A stretch of 64,000 bases of DNA, from positions 6,200,001 through 6,264,000 of the forward strand of contig CM030332.1 of NCBI GenBank assembly GCA_017654855.1. The letters are read 5' to 3'. The stretch comes from Podospora anserina. Taxonomy: Eukaryota. Below the pieces are notes generated by a model. That model made no database searches, was not told the DNA's origin, and was given only the letters and a program-made list of their open reading frames with translations. The translations under genes were made by a program, and so were the position numbers. Below, piece by piece: positions 60,181 to 64,000 of this stretch; position 1 is the stretch's first letter; every line of letters starts with the position of its first letter.

Positions 60181-62847
60181 GGCGGCTGAAGCGAGTTTGA
60201 GGGATTGGCGACTGGTTGATTCTTCCTGCTGCTCCAGTTGTGCCGCAGCAGTTCCCAGCACCGTCCCAGATACTCCCTCGCGCTTTTGTCTTGTTGTACG
60301 AAGAGGAACTCCTTCCCGGCTGGCCTTGATCAGCAACCGGCGCTTTTCCGGAGCTTCAGGATTTCCCAGAGGACGGTGCAATTTGTACACCAACCGTCCT
60401 GCCGCACACAACAGTGTGCCGACGGTGCACTGCTTGACCCAGGAATTCACAATGTGCAGCAACCTTATCGTCTCTGGGGTTCGATATGTGTCACGGCTGC
60501 GGGAGGTATGAGCTGCGGGGTACTGAAGGTGTCGTCGATACTGGACGAGCCAAAGTATGTAGACGGCAACGAGCAGAGGGCGTATAGACTGCACCGGCCG
60601 GTAGCTTAAGCGTCGGCGACGTTTTCAGCGCGCACGGCATCATCGTATCGATCCGTTACTGTTCCGGTGCCATAACAGCTAGCGTTGAGGGCGCTGGGTG
60701 CGGCAGTCGAGGAGGTTTCGTCGAAAGGATCTAGCCGAAGTCGAGGCAGGCTACGAGCTGTTGCGGCACAAGGAGGGGTGGTGTCGTGGGAGCAGTGACT
60801 GTGTAAGATGCAGGCGAGACCGAGCCGGCCGGACCAGATTCCCGGTGATCTTGCTACGTCGGAGTGATACACGATCTTCGAAGCTGCCCGTGCGGGTGGT
60901 CGTCTCGTTCATGTACTGCGTTGCGCCAGACGTGAGCTTGATGGCGAGCTGAGGGTTACAGGAAAACCCGTGTGTACGTCTGTCAAGGGATTGTCGTCGG
61001 CGAGTGCTGTGCAATTGCTATGGGGAGATGTCGGCCGGCTCGTCAGGGGCGTCGAGGAACATGAGCTGTTGAAGTGGGAAATCAGCCAAGTTGTATCGAA
61101 GAAGTGGCAGCAAAGTGAAATAAATGGTCCCGGCATCCCCAATTCCTCGGCAGCGCATCAGCTGATAAGAGCTACTTTGATCCAACACCGGGCTTGAAAT
61201 TGAGCCGAAAAAAAAATCCTGTAGCGCAAGCAATAAATATATACCGCAAGCAGCCGAGTGATCTCCAGGAAATCACGGGAGCCCATCAATATGATAAGTG
61301 AAGAGGGGGTCACAAAGATGTGAGACCTGCCGATAATACGTACGAGGAGGAAATCAACCGCGGGGGAATATCTTGTGGCCCCGGCAACCTCAAATCGGGG
61401 TAGCTATCGTGGAACGGTGATGGCTGACTGTGTCGCCGTTCATCAACGTGTCTGCCGCGCCAACTGCGGCAACAGGAAACCACGAGGATACGGTCAGGAA
61501 TCGAGGAAGAAGCATTTTGCTAAAGTCGGCGACCCCAGGATTTGTGCTGTCATCTCCAGCGCCAGCTCTTGGCGTGGCGGTCCTTGTCGATGCGTCCGAG
61601 CTTTGGCGTTTACAGGGGTTTCGGTCGCACATCAGTTGTATTGAAGCAAGACACCAAAGCTTCCCGTTTCAAGACCAAGCTGTACATCTCATGAGGGACC
61701 AGCGTGTCAGAAATATATCTCACAAACGAGATCCGAGTAAGCAATATTCCAACAGCGAGTGCTCAGTCAGAGGCATCAGATCAGGTCGACCCACCAGGAG
61801 CTTGCCGTGTAAGTGCGCCAAGGCTCCATCACCACCAAACATGAAGAATCTCCATCATCATCTCATGAAGCAGATCCGGAGCAGCGGCAGTGGCGCGTGA
61901 GGTGCATGAACCTTGATAGCAGATGCCAATCTCAAATTGCGAATCAAAAGAATAGGATCTGCGAAACTGCCGTAACCTGGCGCAGCTTCTTGTCCTCTGG
62001 AAGCTGCAATTGAGAGCCAATGGCTTATCAGACCCACAGAAGAACCCCTGGTCTGTCACTTCAGCCTCACAACACTCCCAGACGACTACCTAAGGGCGAC
62101 ATTGTATAGATGTCTAACGTTATGGCTCGACGGATACGGGTTGCCCTGAAATAGGTGCCTTACCGAATTGCCAGAAAGCTACCTATCAAGATGTCAAGCA
62201 GCCAAAATACCCTGGGTGAGAGCATGAGAGGCATGGACAGCCCAGCACGACATATGACGCCTCAATGATATACAAACTAACCGATAGCTGACTGAGCAGC
62301 TATCGAGAGATGTTCCGAATAACGCAAGACGACAGTCGTCAAGTCGACCAGGACAATCGAGATTCCCCATAACTCGGGGCTGGATGCTAGAGAAAGCAGT
62401 ACGGAGCAGCCTCCTCCGAGGTCGAGTGGGAGAATAGAAATCTCGTCAGTTCCCCGCCACAGGCCGCTGCAGCACAAACCCAGATAGTGACTCTTTACGC
62501 CTCTTGAAGCTGAAGACTGGTCATGATAATGTCCAATGCAGCCCCCAAGGCAAGCGAGTCACCCACTTGGCCGAGATGAGCTTGGCAGGGGGCAGAATGC
62601 AGTGTCACTTCAACTGCAGATTCAACGGCGATGGCAACCAAAGATGAACAATTAGCCTGCATATCGGCCTCGACCTCCCGTGTTCCCCGTCTTCACCTCT
62701 GGGCGGACCATTACTTCCATCAATGGGGACCGGTTCACGGTGAGCCCACCGTGGGCTGCTCAAGTATAAACATGGGCCTTCTTCCCGGCTTTACTCACGC
62801 TCAGTTCTTCAAGCTCAGGTTGATCGTCACCCGAGCTCACCCTCAGA

Positions 62848-64000
62848 ATGTTGTCCTTGTCAAAACTGGCCGTCCTGGGCCTGGGACTCATCTCACAAGC
62901 TTCGGCCGTGATCCTACAAAACGGCCAAGTCAGAGAGACCAACTTCCCCAACACCCGCCTGGACAGCTTTTCTCCCTCTTCCTACAGGACATATCCCGCA
63001 AACGCGAGTGAGATCTCCTATAAGGGACGCTGGGACTCCAAATATGTCTCCTGGTGGTCGTAAGTTTTCCCATCCACCCCCCATCTCAGCTCATTGTTTC
63101 TAACCCTCTCCTCAGAGCCCCCGGCATCAAATTCGGCTACACCGGCCAGACCGTCGCCATCACCTTCGGCAACTTGACCACCGACCGCGTCCTCGTCGGC
63201 TACCGAATCGGCGGCCTCGACTGGATCTTCACCAACATCACCGCGGGCGCCACCCACCTCCTTGTCTCCCCGGAGACCCCCGGCTCCTCCCTCACCGGCC
63301 CCATCAACCCCTGGACCTTTGAACTCCGAGTCTCCAACTGGGCGTACGGCATCCAAATCGACTCCGTCCACGTCGCCAAAGGAGAGAAACTGATCAAAAT
63401 CCCTGACCATGGCCGCCGCATCGAAGTCATCGGCGACAGCCTCTCCGCGGGCATGTACACCACCTACGAGGGCCTCACCAGCTGGGCCTACGGTCTTGGG
63501 GCTGGTTTAGGAAACACCGAGTACTCCGTCACCGGGTACCCGGGCATTTGCGCCGCAGATCAAGACTGCTGGGGCAACCCCCGAGGGCAAGTCCATCAGT
63601 GGTTTTACACCTCCGACACCAGCTGGAGAGCCTCCCAAATTTGGGGAGACAACCCTGAGCCATGGGACTTTTCCAAGCAACCCGCCGCTGACATCGTCGT
63701 GATAAACATCGGCACCAACGACCACAACCAACACAACAACGTCTCTACCGAGGCGTACATCGACGCGCTGGGTAAGATCATCCAGGGTGTCCACGGCAAG
63801 TGGCCCAAAGCACAAGTCATCGTCATGTCCCTTTGGCTAGGGTTCTACCAGCAGGGGAATACCTACCTCCCCAACGCGCCGGAGGGTTGGGTGAAAGAAA
63901 TCCAGGACTTGGTGAAGTACTTCAACTCGGACAAGTACCTCAGCCAGCCGGTGATCTATGACGGGGTGACGAAGAAGAGCACCAAGTTGAGGGTGAAGAG
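62848..64000 (+). CDS. Secreted SGNH/GDSL esterase (CE2 acetylxylan-esterase-like), truncated by the window end; exons 62848-63059 and 63116->64000
   Basis: Signal peptide; YKGRWD...WWS/APGIKF; IEVIGDSLSAG; VVINIGTND; GTAAGT..CTAAC..CAG intron. Confidence 0.9.

Overview
Intron-containing genomic DNA of a filamentous ascomycete. Gene content, GT..CTRAC..YAG introns and composition point to a Sordariomycete, probably Podospora-like Sordariales (inference). About 20 protein-coding genes can be reconstructed by hand: hex-1, rqc2, a SAM-methyltransferase-like protein, rpn5, a LaeA-like methyltransferase, an O-methyltransferase, a helical orphan, an Ecp2/Hce2-like secreted protein with a GC-AG intron, an MFS transporter, a Pro/Gln-rich orphan, SRPBCC and Dabb proteins, a hybrid histidine kinase, ade1, a yapsin-like protease, a large orphan, alo1, a DUF3433-type membrane protein, cnl1 and a truncated SGNH esterase. 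There is also a ~505-bp TIR-bounded, TA-flanked, AT-rich MITE-like element. The most striking signals are translational. (1) hex-1 has a spliced, 240-codon, Met-free in-frame upstream extension that starts just after an in-frame TAA at a CUG in strong context, and its ~1 kb leader has no AUG in any frame. This suggests a CUG-initiated long Woronin-body isoform, alongside a 90-nt alternative acceptor. (2) Two orphan genes end at UAG codons followed by protein-like in-frame tails, making them candidates for A-to-I stop-loss editing. All family assignments come from motif recognition by eye; no searches were run.
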